The position numbers were made by a program, and so were the translations under genes. A model generated the notes under the pieces. That model saw nothing but the letters and a program-made list of their open reading frames with translations. It was not told the DNA's origin and searched no databases. A stretch of DNA of 64,000 nt from an archaeon (GTDB lineage: Archaea; Thermoproteota; Nitrososphaeria; Nitrososphaerales; Nitrosopumilaceae): assembly GCA_024276695.1 (NCBI GenBank), contig JAJRWR010000027.1, forward strand, positions 2,144 through 66,143. Direction: 5' to 3'. Shown here in pieces: positions 1 through 9,968 of the stretch; position 1 is the first letter of the stretch; each line of letters starts with the position of its first letter.

Positions 1-1377
1 TTTCATGAGATTGAAAAAAAAATTATTACCTCTTTGAGAGACAATCCAAAACAAACTCCTGAATTATTAGAAAAATCTACACAACTTTCACCTGATCAAA
101 TTAGACGAGGGATTGAATGGCTAAAATTAAAAGATCTGGTAATTGTTACTGAATCAAAATCAACTGTTATCAGTTTAGGAAAAAATGGTATTGAATCTTT
201 TCAAAAGGGATTGCCTGAAAGAAGATTACTAGATTTACTAAAGACTGGACCAAAAAAATTATCTGATTTACAAAAAGAATTGGGATCTGTTTTTGGACCT
301 TCAATGGGATTGGCCCGAAAAAATAACTGGGTTGAGGCAACATCCGATAAATTCTCCATCAAAAATTCTCCATCAGAACTTCCTGGAGAAAAAACTCTTA
401 AACTTATTGGAAATAAAAAATTACCTGTAGACAAACTTGACGCTAATGATTTATCTGGACTTTTGAAAAGACCTGATTTTATTATAGAAGATGTAATCAA
501 GTCTAAAGAAATCACTTTATCTGATTCTGCAAAATCCATAAAACTCTCAAACACTCAGGGCGAAATTGATGTTGAAGCTAAAGTTCCACAAGTTTTTGTT
601 GCAAGAACTCACCCTCTAAAAGATACCATAAATGAAATTCGTGAAATATTTGTTACATTAGGTTTTTCTGAAATTTTTGGAAATATGACTCAATCAAGCT
701 TTTGGAATTTTGATGCTTTGTTTACACCACAAGATCATCCTGCGAGAGAATTACAAGATACATTTTATCTAGATAAAATAAATGCTAAAAAAATTGGAAC
801 TTCTGAACAAATTAGAAAAATTTCTGAATCACATAAGAAGAATTGGAGATATCAATGGGACATTAACGAAGCAAGAAAAATGGTTTTAAGAACTCATACG
901 ACTTGTGTGACAATCAAACATTTAGCTGAAAACAAATCAGATGAGGCACGAATTTTCTCACTAGGTCGTGTATTTCGTAATGAGAAGGTTAGCTACAAGC
1001 ATCTTGTAGAATTTAATCAAATTGAGGGAGTTGTTGTAGGAAAGGATGCCAATTTGAGAAATTTAATGGGAATCCAACGTGAATTTTACAAACGAATTGG
1101 AATAACTAAAATAAAATTTTGGCCAACCTTTTTTCCATACACTGAACCGTCTCTACAAACTATGGTGTACAATGAAAAATTAGGAAAATGGATTGAATTA
1201 TTTGGAATGGGTATTTTTAGACCTGAAGTAACTAAACCTCTTGGAATCACTAAACCTGTTTTAGCTTGGGGTGGAGGAATTGAAAGAATTGCTATGCTCA
1301 AGTACGATCTAGATGATGTTAGAGAATTTTACAATAACAATCTTGGTTGGTTAAGGAGTACTACAAAATGCCAGTAG
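1..1377 (+). CDS. pheS: Phenylalanyl-tRNA synthetase alpha subunit (5' end outside window)
   Basis: Frame is open from base 1 (FHEIEKKIITSLRDNP...). Motifs NFDALFTPQDHPARELQDTFY, LRTHTT, GRVFRNE, FPYTEPS, AWGGGIERIAM. Confidence 0.97.
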   Translation, partial: FHEIEKKIITSLRDNPKQTPELLEKSTQLSPDQIRRGIEWLKLKDLVIVTESKSTVISLGKNGIESFQKGLPERRLLDLLKTGPKKLSDLQKELGSVFGPSMGLARKNNWVEATSDKFSIKNSPSELPGEKTLKLIGNKKLPVDKLDANDLSGLLKRPDFIIEDVIKSKEITLSDSAKSIKLSNTQGEIDVEAKVPQVFVARTHPLKDTINEIREIFVTLGFSEIFGNMTQSSFWNFDALFTPQDHPARELQDTFYLDKINAKKIGTSEQIRKISESHKKNWRYQWDINEARKMVLRTHTTCVTIKHLAENKSDEARIFSLGRVFRNEKVSYKHLVEFNQIEGVVVGKDANLRNLMGIQREFYKRIGITKIKFWPTFFPYTEPSLQTMVYNEKLGKWIELFGMGIFRPEVTKPLGITKPVLAWGGGIERIAMLKYDLDDVREFYNNNLGWLRSTTKCQ

Positions 1378-3008
1378 TAGAACTATCATATGCACGTCTT
1401 CAGAAATTGGTGGGCAAAGTAACCAAAAAACAAATTTCTGATTCTTTACCTTTTCTTGGATTAGATATAGAATCTGAAGATAAAGATTTGGTAAGAATTG
1501 AATATAGTCCAAACAGACCGGATTATTCTACTGATTTTGGAATTGCACTTGGTTTGCAAGGTTTACTTGGAATCAAAACTGGTATAGTCAAACTAAATGT
1601 CAAAAAATCTAATAAATATACAATTTCTGTGAAATCTGGTGTTTCAAAGATTAGACCTTTTGTAACTGGCATTATTGCAACACATGGAAAAATTGATGAT
1701 AAAACAATTAAACAATTAATAACGATGCAAGAAGATCTCCATTTTGGAGTAGGGCGAAAAAGAAAAAAATCCTCTATTGGAATACATGATTTAGATAAGA
1801 TTTCATTCCCTCTAGTTTATACTACAACTAATAGAAATCATAAATTCATTCCATTAAACTCTGAAAAAGAAATATCCATCTCTGAAATATTAGTAAATAC
1901 TGATGTCGGCAAAGATTATGGTTCTTTGCTTGGGCAATCTTCACAAGTACCTATAATTTTTGATGAAAATCAAAATACTGTGTCATTTCCTCCAATAATT
2001 AATGCTGCAGTTACAACAGTTACCACCAAAACAAAAAATCTCTTTGTTGAGGTAACTGGAATCAATAAAGAAGATGCAGAAGATATGCTTTCAGTTGTTG
2101 CAACCATTTTGCAAACTACTGGATTTACTTTGGAATCTGTAAAGATTTCTGGTGCAAAAAATTCATCACCAAAACTGGAACAAAAGAAAATTTCTGTAAG
2201 TTCTTCATTGATTAATCAAATTCTTGATTTGAATCTTAATACTTCTAAAATGATTGCGTCTCTAAAGAAATCACGATTGGATGCATCATCTAAAGGAACA
2301 AACATCATTTGTACAATACCTCCGTATAGATTTGATATTTTTGGACCAATGGATTTGGTAGAAGAAGTTGCTTTGGGTTATGGAATTCAAAATCTTGAGC
2401 CGACACTGTCTCCTTCACAAACTATAGGAAAAACTAACCCTATATCCTTACAATTAAAATCACTGGATCAAACGATGATTGGACTTGGATATCTTGAGGC
2501 TTTGAATTCAAGTTTGACTAGTAAACGAGTATTATATGATATGACTGATAGAGATTCATCAAAAATTATTTCTGTATTGGATTCAAAAAGTCAAGAGCAT
2601 ACTATTTTACGAGACTCCATACTTCCTGGATTACTAGATAACCTTTCAAGAAACATTCATGAATCTTATCCTCAAAAAATATTTGAAACTGGAACTGTTT
2701 TCACTCTTGGGAATCCTATATCTGAAAAAATTAATTTTTCTGGAATTAGTGCTCATAAGGATGCAAATTTTACTGAAATAAAATCAGTAATTCAATCTGC
2801 ACTAAATATTGGATTTGCTATTCAAATCAAAACAAAAACTGCTACGAATCCAACTTTTGAAGAAGGACATTGTGCAACAATCACCCTAAATAATATCCCA
2901 ATTGGAATTATTGGAAAAATTAAATCAAAGATTGTTGAAAACTACAAAATCCGTGTTCCTGTAGTTGGATTTGAAATGTCTTTATCTGAATCTATTCTTA
3001 AAAATTAA
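1368..3008 (+). CDS. pheT: Phenylalanyl-tRNA synthetase beta subunit (archaeal type)
   Basis: MPVV start overlaps pheS stop. Motifs PNRPD, QEDLH, RKKSSIGIHDLD, PPYRFDI..MDLVEEVA, KIFETG. Confidence 0.96.
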   Translation: MPVVELSYARLQKLVGKVTKKQISDSLPFLGLDIESEDKDLVRIEYSPNRPDYSTDFGIALGLQGLLGIKTGIVKLNVKKSNKYTISVKSGVSKIRPFVTGIIATHGKIDDKTIKQLITMQEDLHFGVGRKRKKSSIGIHDLDKISFPLVYTTTNRNHKFIPLNSEKEISISEILVNTDVGKDYGSLLGQSSQVPIIFDENQNTVSFPPIINAAVTTVTTKTKNLFVEVTGINKEDAEDMLSVVATILQTTGFTLESVKISGAKNSSPKLEQKKISVSSSLINQILDLNLNTSKMIASLKKSRLDASSKGTNIICTIPPYRFDIFGPMDLVEEVALGYGIQNLEPTLSPSQTIGKTNPISLQLKSLDQTMIGLGYLEALNSSLTSKRVLYDMTDRDSSKIISVLDSKSQEHTILRDSILPGLLDNLSRNIHESYPQKIFETGTVFTLGNPISEKINFSGISAHKDANFTEIKSVIQSALNIGFAIQIKTKTATNPTFEEGHCATITLNNIPIGIIGKIKSKIVENYKIRVPVVGFEMSLSESILKN

Positions 3009-3084
3009 ATCCCAATCTTGAAAAATTATTTTTGATAAATAATTCTCTCAATGGTTTTTAGTAGGAGTAGATCTATAATTAATC

Positions 3085-3250
3085 GCCCAAGAGCAGGCAT
3101 GCAGACGGATTAGGATGAGTCGATCGTAATGATACCAGTGATTTCTAATTCACCCAGGTGTGCTACATTATGGGCAACCCCGGTTTTAGAACGCGAGGAG
3201 GCGTATGGCTATGACCTATGAATTGATGCGAGTCAGAACCGGGGAACACA
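3085..3250 (+). ncRNA. Candidate structured ncRNA, two hairpins with K-turn/K-loop and terminal ACA (H/ACA guide-like)
   Basis: GC-rich island in AT-rich intergenic DNA. Stems 3085-89/3171-75, 3107-15/3143-51 (9 bp) and 3178-87/3235-44 (10 bp). Tandem GA/AG pairs at 3116-18/3140-42. ACA at 3246-48. Confidence 0.6.
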
Positions 3251-3296
3251 TCTATTTTCCAAACTGTTAAACCATGAGAATTACATAGAAAATTAA

Positions 3297-3716
3297 ATGG
3301 TAAATTTTTGGTTAGCAAAACAAGAACCAAGTGGTCCACGAGGATATAATTTTAAACAGCTAAAAAAAGAAAAAACTACTGTATGGGATGGAGTTCACAA
3401 TAATCTTGCGCTAAAGCATATGAGAGAAATGAAATCTGGTGATCTCGTCTTATTTTATCATACAGGTGATGAAAGACAAGCTGTGGGAATTATGCAAGTT
3501 ACTTCAAAACCCTATTCAAATCCGAAAGAAGATGTTGAGCGTTTTATTGTAGTAGATGTAAAATACAAAAAATCACTAAAACGACCAGTAACTCTTGATG
3601 AAATGAAAAAGGAGAAAAAATTCAAAGATTGGGAATTGATTAAAATTTCAAGGTTATCTGTAATGCCTGTACCAAAGCCTATTTGGGATGCAGTCCTAAA
3701 GATGTCTCAAAACTGA
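3297..3716 (+). CDS. EVE (PUA-like) domain protein
   Basis: FWLAKQEP, WDGVHNNLA..HMREMKSGDLVLFYH, RLSVMPV are typical of EVE/THYN1. Confidence 0.92.
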   Translation: MVNFWLAKQEPSGPRGYNFKQLKKEKTTVWDGVHNNLALKHMREMKSGDLVLFYHTGDERQAVGIMQVTSKPYSNPKEDVERFIVVDVKYKKSLKRPVTLDEMKKEKKFKDWELIKISRLSVMPVPKPIWDAVLKMSQN

Positions 3717-3759
3717 TTATAATCGGTTTATTGATATAGTCGATTTATTTAATTTCTGT

Positions 3760-3999
3760 ATGGCAACAGCTTATGTTTTAATAAACTGTGAACTAGGTTC
3801 CGAAGAAGCTATCATTCAGCAACTAAAGGGCTTAGAAGGTGTTAAGGAAGTTCATGGAACTTTTGGTGCATACGATATTTTGGCCAAGATCGAATCTGAT
3901 ACTGTTGAAAAACTTAGAGAAACAATTACTTGGAAAATCCGAAAAATTGAAAAGATTCGTTCAACTCTTACCTTGATGGGTATTGAGGGTCAAACATAA
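3760..3999 (+). CDS. Lrp/AsnC ligand-binding-domain (RAM) protein without HTH
   Basis: AYVLINCELG...VKEVHGTFGAYDILAKIE...IRSTLTL; 79 aa. Confidence 0.9.
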   Translation: MATAYVLINCELGSEEAIIQQLKGLEGVKEVHGTFGAYDILAKIESDTVEKLRETITWKIRKIEKIRSTLTLMGIEGQT

Positions 4000-4017
4000 A
4001 CACCCTTTTTTCTTATT

Positions 4018-4584
4018 ATGATTCTACATTTTATTTTTGTAGTACCTGAAAAGGATCGTGAAAAACGCCAATTTGAATTTGAATATGTTAAAAAAATGAG
4101 TAAATTTTATCAGATTTGGCTAAAAGAAAAATTTGGTAAAGACTATGAAATTCAATGTGATGAAATGATTACTACACCCAGAAATATTCTTCAACGTCTT
4201 GACACACACACCTTAGTGCGTGATCATGAACAAAGAGGAAAAGATATTTTCCATTTCTATCTAACTCATTTCAAACCATGGTGGACTGATTGCACTTGTG
4301 ATGGATACCATGCTGAAAATTTTGGAATGGCATTTTGGCAATCTCCAAAAGAATCTGATGATACTTTATTCCTTGCAGAAAAAAATTGTACTACTGTATC
4401 TCATGAATTAGTTCATGAGATGTTGAGAATCTCTGGACATAAAAAATTTATTCAAGATGTACATGATATATGGACTAAACATCTCTTTGAACAATTAGAA
4501 TTTGAACAATATGGTGAAGATTTTAGAAAAACTGATGACAAGCCGATGTTTTTAACGATGGATACTACACAATTTAATTTATAA
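4018..4584 (+). CDS. Hypothetical protein with HExxH motif
   Basis: 188 aa ORF containing SHELVHE and CTCDGYH. Confidence 0.75.
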   Translation: MILHFIFVVPEKDREKRQFEFEYVKKMSKFYQIWLKEKFGKDYEIQCDEMITTPRNILQRLDTHTLVRDHEQRGKDIFHFYLTHFKPWWTDCTCDGYHAENFGMAFWQSPKESDDTLFLAEKNCTTVSHELVHEMLRISGHKKFIQDVHDIWTKHLFEQLEFEQYGEDFRKTDDKPMFLTMDTTQFNL

Positions 4585-4598
4585 TAAAATTTTCATAA

Positions 4599-5231
4599 TT
4601 AACATTTTGTAACTGAATAAATATTATTTTCAAAATTTGCAGTTTTGAAATCTAATTTATTTTCAGGATCATTTGTCCTTGATTTACTTAATGTTTCAAG
4701 TTCTACTAGGGCATCCCCTCTAAAACCTACAGATGAACCATAAATTCCATCAGTTAACATTGTTCCATGATCTCCTTTTTTGATATCGTCAACCATATCA
4801 TAAAATCTAGTTGTTTCTTTTTTATTTACTGGATTTCCAGTTGCCTTGTTATATGCTACTGCAATATACATTCCATTATTTTTTACTGCTACAGGAACCT
4901 TGTGATTTTTTCCAGATATTCCTGGAATTGTATCATTAACTATTACTTCACATTTGTGATACATGCTTGATACATATGCAAAGAATCTGTATTGGGCATA
5001 TTTTCCTGCAGCATCTTCTTCACAACCAACAAACACTTTGTGTAATAATTCTAAAGCATCATCATTCATACTCTGTAATCTGTCATCAATTCGACCTCTT
5101 TCAAGGAGTTCTGATTTACACTCTTTTGCAACTAAGACTAGAATAAAATCTGGTAAATTGTAGTTTTTAAGGGCTGCAACAAATGCTCCAGCTTGTGACA
5201 TACCAAACTTTGGAAATCCTTTATTGACCAT
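4599..5231 (-). CDS. Hypothetical protein
   Basis: 210 aa ORF with ATG start that fills the gap between convergent/divergent genes. Confidence 0.75.
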   Translation of the reverse strand: MVNKGFPKFGMSQAGAFVAALKNYNLPDFILVLVAKECKSELLERGRIDDRLQSMNDDALELLHKVFVGCEEDAAGKYAQYRFFAYVSSMYHKCEVIVNDTIPGISGKNHKVPVAVKNNGMYIAVAYNKATGNPVNKKETTRFYDMVDDIKKGDHGTMLTDGIYGSSVGFRGDALVELETLSKSRTNDPENKLDFKTANFENNIYSVTKC

Positions 5232-5386
5232 GATTATACCTCACTATAGAAAATCTACTATAAACTAACACTATTTTAAAAAGCTGCTTTTGGCTTATAA
5301 TTGTTAAGAATTAACATGCCTATTCAAACAACCTCCTTAAGTTTTAAATTGTAAATATTAAATTCGGGATTAATTCATCGCATATT

Positions 5387-7650
5387 GTGAAAATCGACAC
5401 TACTCCGGAACTTGTTTCCAATGTTTATTTGAAATTAAAAGAAAATATTGTAAAATACAGAAATGTAGTAGGTAGACCACTAACTCTAACTGAGAAAATA
5501 TTGTCTGGTCATCTCAACAAAATTGATGGTACTGTTTTCACTGGTGGAAAAGACTATGTATTTTTAAAACCCGATAGAGTTGCATTACAAGATGTTACTG
5601 GTCAGATGGTGATGCTTCAATTTATGCAAGCCGCACTCAAACAAACATCTTTACCTACAACTGTACATTGTGATCATCTCATTAGAGCAGAAGTTCAAGG
5701 TGATATTGACATGAAAGTTTCTCTTGATGAAAATAGTGAGGTCTTCAAATTTTTGCAATCAGCTTGTGCAAAGTATGGATGTGGGTTTTGGAAACCAGGT
5801 GCTGGTATCATTCATCAGGTGGTTCTTGAAAACTATGCATTTCCTGGAGGGTTGATGATTGGTACTGATTCTCACACTCCAAATGCTGGAGGCCTTGGTA
5901 TGATTGCCATTGGTGTTGGTGGATTAGATGCGACTGAAACTATGGCTGGACTGCCTTGGGAACTACTATATCCTAAAAAAATAGGTGTTAAACTTACTGG
6001 AGAATTAAATGGATGGACATCACCTAAAGATATAATTTTGAAAGTTGCTGATAAACTAACAGTATCTGGAGGAACAAATGCAATTGTTGAATACTTTGGA
6101 TCTGGAACAAAATCTATCAGTTGTACTGGGAAGGCTACCATTACTAATATGGGAGCTGAAATTGGAGCAACATGTTCTGTTTTTCCATATGATGAAAGAA
6201 TGGAAACTTATCTAAAATATACAAACAGAGGTGATATTGCAGAACTAGCAAATCAAAATAAGGAATTACTTGTTGCAGATCCTGAAATAGAAACAAACCC
6301 AGAATTTTTTTTGATAGAGTCATTGAAATTAATCTCTCAACATTAGAACCTCATATTGTAGGTCCTCATACTCCTGATTTGGCAAGACCTATTTCTGAAT
6401 TGTCTGATGATGTAACCTCCAAAGACTATACTGATCCAATCTCTGTTGCATTAATTGGAAGTTGTACAAATTCATCATACGAAGATATGTCAAGAGCAGC
6501 AAGCTTAGCCGAACAAGCAAAAGCTAAAGGAATCAAAGCAAAAATTCCTTTACTAATCACTCCTGGGTCTGAACAAATTCGTGGAACTATAGAACGTGAT
6601 GGACAAATGGATTCTCTAAAAGATATTGGTGCAACTGTTTTAGCAAATGCATGTGGTCCTTGTATTGGTCAATGGAATAGACCTGAACTAGAAAATGATG
6701 AACAAAATACTATTGTTACAACCTTTAACAGAAATTTTCCAGGACGAAATGATGGACATCGAAGCACTCTAAATTTTATTGGCAGTCCCGAAATGATCAT
6801 TGCATTAGCATTGGGTGGAAAACTTTCCTTTAATCCATTAAAAGATGATCTTATAGCAGCTGATGGAACAAAATTCAAACTTGAACCTCCAAAGCCTGCC
6901 CCCGAAGTTCCCGCAGAGGGTTTTATGAAACCTGAAGGAATTTTTATCGCACCTCCTGATAATTCTGATAATGTTGAAGTTGTAATTGATCCTAATAGTA
7001 AAAGACTGCAACGTTTAGAGCCATTTCTAAAATGGGATGGTAAAGATTTTGAAGAAATTCCAATAATGGTAAAAGCTAAAGGAAAATGTACTACTGATCA
7101 CATATCTCCTGCAGGTGCATGGCTATCTTTACGTGGACATTTGAATAATCTCAGTGATAACATGCTATTGGGGGCAGTAAATGCCTTTAATGATAAAGTC
7201 GGTGAAGGTAAGAATATTATAAGTGGCAATATTGAATCTTTTTCAAAAATCGCAAGACAATACAAAGAAAATCAAATGCGATGGGTAATAATTGGAGATA
7301 ATAATTATGGTGAAGGTAGCAGCAGAGAACACGCTGCAATGACTCCTCGTTATTTGGGATGTGCAGCAGTAATTACAAAAAGTTTAGCTAGAATTCATGA
7401 AACAAATTTGAAAAAACAAGGCATCCTTGCTTTGACGTTTAGTAATCCCAATGATTATGACAAAATCCTTGAAGATGATAGAATTAGTTTGCTTGAACTT
7501 GATAATATGCAGCCCGACAAACAAGTCAAATGTATAATTTCACATGCTGATGGAAGTAAGGATGAAATTTTGTTAAATCACTCATACAATAAAGCACAAA
7601 TTGAATGGTTCAAGTCTGGATCAGCTCTTAATGTTTTGAGAAACAAATAG
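5387..7650 (+). pseudogene. acnA: Aconitate hydratase split by a 1-nt deletion at a T8 run (pseudogene, slippage site or assembly error)
   Basis: 5' part has [19 protein letters not shown]. 3' part has IGSCTNSS, NACGPCIG, FNRNF, TTDHISPAG, GSSREHA. The coding [23 protein letters not shown] continues in another frame after 6305-6312. Confidence 0.9.
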
Positions 7651-7661
7651 AATTTTTTAAG

Positions 7662-7735
7662 TGGGCCCGATCGGATTTGAACCGACGATCGATGGTTTTG
7701 GAGACCATCGCCCTACCAGGCTAGGCTACGAACCC
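7662..7735 (-). tRNA. tRNA-Trp(CCA), intron-less
   Basis: Reverse complement folds as a cloverleaf: acceptor GGGUUCG/CGGGCCC, anticodon arm GAUGGU-CU-CCA-AA-ACCAUC, T-loop UUCAAAU. Confidence 0.95.
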
Positions 7736-7811
7736 ACAAGAATCGAAACATTTTGCTTGAATTTTAACTATTACTAAGATTTATTTGCAAATTGGCGGTA
7801 TTTGCAGTAAA

Positions 7812-8345
7812 ATGGTAAAACCAATTTACTTAGCATTGGGTGCAATTCCAGTAATTACTGCCCTTTTACTTGCTGCTCCATTATTATTAAAAAATGAAAT
7901 TCCAACATCAGCTTCGAATTATACTGACAACCTTGAAATTGAATACACTAAACATCAGTTAAAGAAAATCTCTTACGGTGTTACTGAACGAATCGGTGCA
8001 CAAAAAACTGAAATTCTTCACATCAAAAATGATGGCAAATTAAAATATTCAATAACTGAAAGTGGATATCTAAAACCAGACGTTCGCTCACAATTAGATG
8101 AATCAAAACTAAACAAAATCAAAGCACTGATAAAAGAAACTGGTTTCATTTCAATACCCTCTGAATCTTTTGCAATTATGGATAATGCAACTGAATATCA
8201 AAAATCAAATGTTAAAGTCACTCTTAACGGACGTGTCAATCAAATTCATTGGCCACAACAAAATGTTACTGAAGATTTTATTCCACCAATAATTATTATG
8301 ATTGAATCTGAACTAGATCAGATTATGTCTGAATTTAGTGAATAG
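7812..8345 (+). CDS. Hypothetical membrane-anchored/exported protein
   Basis: N-terminal hydrophobic stretch (IYLALGAIPVITALLLAAPLLL). ATG at 7812 preferred over TTG at 7785. Confidence 0.75.
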   Translation: MVKPIYLALGAIPVITALLLAAPLLLKNEIPTSASNYTDNLEIEYTKHQLKKISYGVTERIGAQKTEILHIKNDGKLKYSITESGYLKPDVRSQLDESKLNKIKALIKETGFISIPSESFAIMDNATEYQKSNVKVTLNGRVNQIHWPQQNVTEDFIPPIIIMIESELDQIMSEFSE

Positions 8346-8375
8346 ATACAAATAGTCTTTAGGAAAAATTAGGAC

Positions 8376-9344
8376 ATGCTTCCATTATCTGGTGAAAGAA
8401 AAGATGCTAAAGGAATTGTTTCTGATAAAATAAATTCTATTGATACTTTACGTGGATCATCTACTGTCAAACGTGGTTTTGCTCATATGCTAAAAAATGG
8501 TGTTGTAATGGATGTTACAAATGTAAAACAAGCACAAATCGCAGAAGAAGCTGGTGCAGTTTCTGTTATGGTGTTAGATAAACTTCCATCAGAAGTTAGA
8601 AAATCTGGTGGAGTTGCACGAACCGCAAGTATTAGAATTATTGAAGAAATTATGGATTCTGTAACCATTCCTGTAATGGCTAAATGTAGAATTGGGCATG
8701 TAAATGAAGCACTAGTTTTACAAGAAACTGATGTAGATATGATTGACGAATCTGAAGTTTTAACTCCTGCTGATGAACTTCATCATATTTGGAAATGGGA
8801 TTTCACAACACCTGTTGTTAATGGTGCAAGATCATTGGCTGAAGCTTTGAGAAGAATTGAAGAAGGTGCTTCAATGATTAGAACAAAAGGTGAACCTGGA
8901 ACCGGAAATGTTGCAGAAGCAATTAAACACATCAAAAATGTAAATGATGAATTAAGAACAATAAAATCAATTTATGATTCTGGTGATAATCAAGATTTAG
9001 TTAGAATGGCAAGAGAATTCAAAGTATCTTATGATATTGTTGAACAAACTGCAAAACTTGGAAGATTACCTGTTGTAAATTTTGCCGCTGGTGGAATTGC
9101 AACTCCTGCTGATGCAGCATATCTAATGTCTCTTGGCTGTGATGGAATATTTGTTGGTTCTGGAATTTTTAATTCTGATGATGCAAAAGAAAGAGCAAGA
9201 GCTATAGTCCTAGCTACGACTTTTTGGAATGAATCTGATAAAGTCAAAGAGGCACAAAAAATGATTGATGAAAGACAATCTATGCTGGGATTGGATGTTA
9301 ACACACTTGAATTACGTATGCAAGATCGTGGTGGTTCCGCATGA
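8376..9344 (+). CDS. pdxS: Pyridoxal 5'-phosphate synthase lyase subunit
   Basis: [42 protein letters not shown]. Confidence 0.97.
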   Translation: MLPLSGERKDAKGIVSDKINSIDTLRGSSTVKRGFAHMLKNGVVMDVTNVKQAQIAEEAGAVSVMVLDKLPSEVRKSGGVARTASIRIIEEIMDSVTIPVMAKCRIGHVNEALVLQETDVDMIDESEVLTPADELHHIWKWDFTTPVVNGARSLAEALRRIEEGASMIRTKGEPGTGNVAEAIKHIKNVNDELRTIKSIYDSGDNQDLVRMAREFKVSYDIVEQTAKLGRLPVVNFAAGGIATPADAAYLMSLGCDGIFVGSGIFNSDDAKERARAIVLATTFWNESDKVKEAQKMIDERQSMLGLDVNTLELRMQDRGGSA

Positions 9345-9958
9345 GTCTTACTGTTGGTGTATTATCCATCCAAGGAGATGTCCAAGAAAATCTCGTTTCT
9401 TCCAAATCTGCAATTGATGAATTAGGAATTGATGGAAAAGTAATTGATGTCAGAACACCTGAAGAAATTTCACAATTAGATGGTTTGATTATTCCTGGTG
9501 GTGAAAGTACCACTATAGGTCAATTATCTCTAGTAAATGGCTCTCTAAAGGTTCTAAAAGAAAAAATTCAGAATGGAATGCCTGTACTTGGAATTTGTGC
9601 TGGGATGATAATGCTGTCTAACACTGCAAATGATCGTATTGTCGGGAAAACTGATCAACCACTATTGGATATTTTTGATATCAAATTAGAGAGAAATTCA
9701 TTTGGAAGACAGAAAAAATCCTTTGAATCTGACGTTTCTTTAGATTCTATTGATATTCCAAAATTTAATGGTGTCTTTATTCGTGCACCATCTGTTTCCG
9801 ATGTTGGTTCAGATGTAGAAATTTTATCAAAATTCAATGATCGTATAGTTGCAATCAAAAAAGGAAATGTACTTGGTATAGCATTTCATCCTGAACTAAC
9901 TGAAGATATATCTATACACAAGTATTTCATTAATCTTGTGAACAATTCAAAAAATTAG
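9341..9958 (+). CDS. pdxT: Pyridoxal 5'-phosphate synthase glutaminase subunit
   Basis: [35 protein letters not shown]; ATGA overlap with pdxS. Confidence 0.97.
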   Translation: MSLTVGVLSIQGDVQENLVSSKSAIDELGIDGKVIDVRTPEEISQLDGLIIPGGESTTIGQLSLVNGSLKVLKEKIQNGMPVLGICAGMIMLSNTANDRIVGKTDQPLLDIFDIKLERNSFGRQKKSFESDVSLDSIDIPKFNGVFIRAPSVSDVGSDVEILSKFNDRIVAIKKGNVLGIAFHPELTEDISIHKYFINLVNNSKN

Positions 9959-9968
9959 TTTTTCTGAA

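Noticed and set aside
3085-3250. RNase P RNA, SRP RNA, 5S rRNA or riboswitch identity for the GC-rich block
   Set aside because: Lacks the GAGGAAA(G/C)UCC P4 motif, the SRP helix-8 GNRA/AGCA motif and 5S or TPP/B12 signatures on either strand; also too short for RNase P or SRP.
7662-7735. C/D-box-containing intron in tRNA-Trp
   Set aside because: The anticodon arm is continuous; no intron is present.
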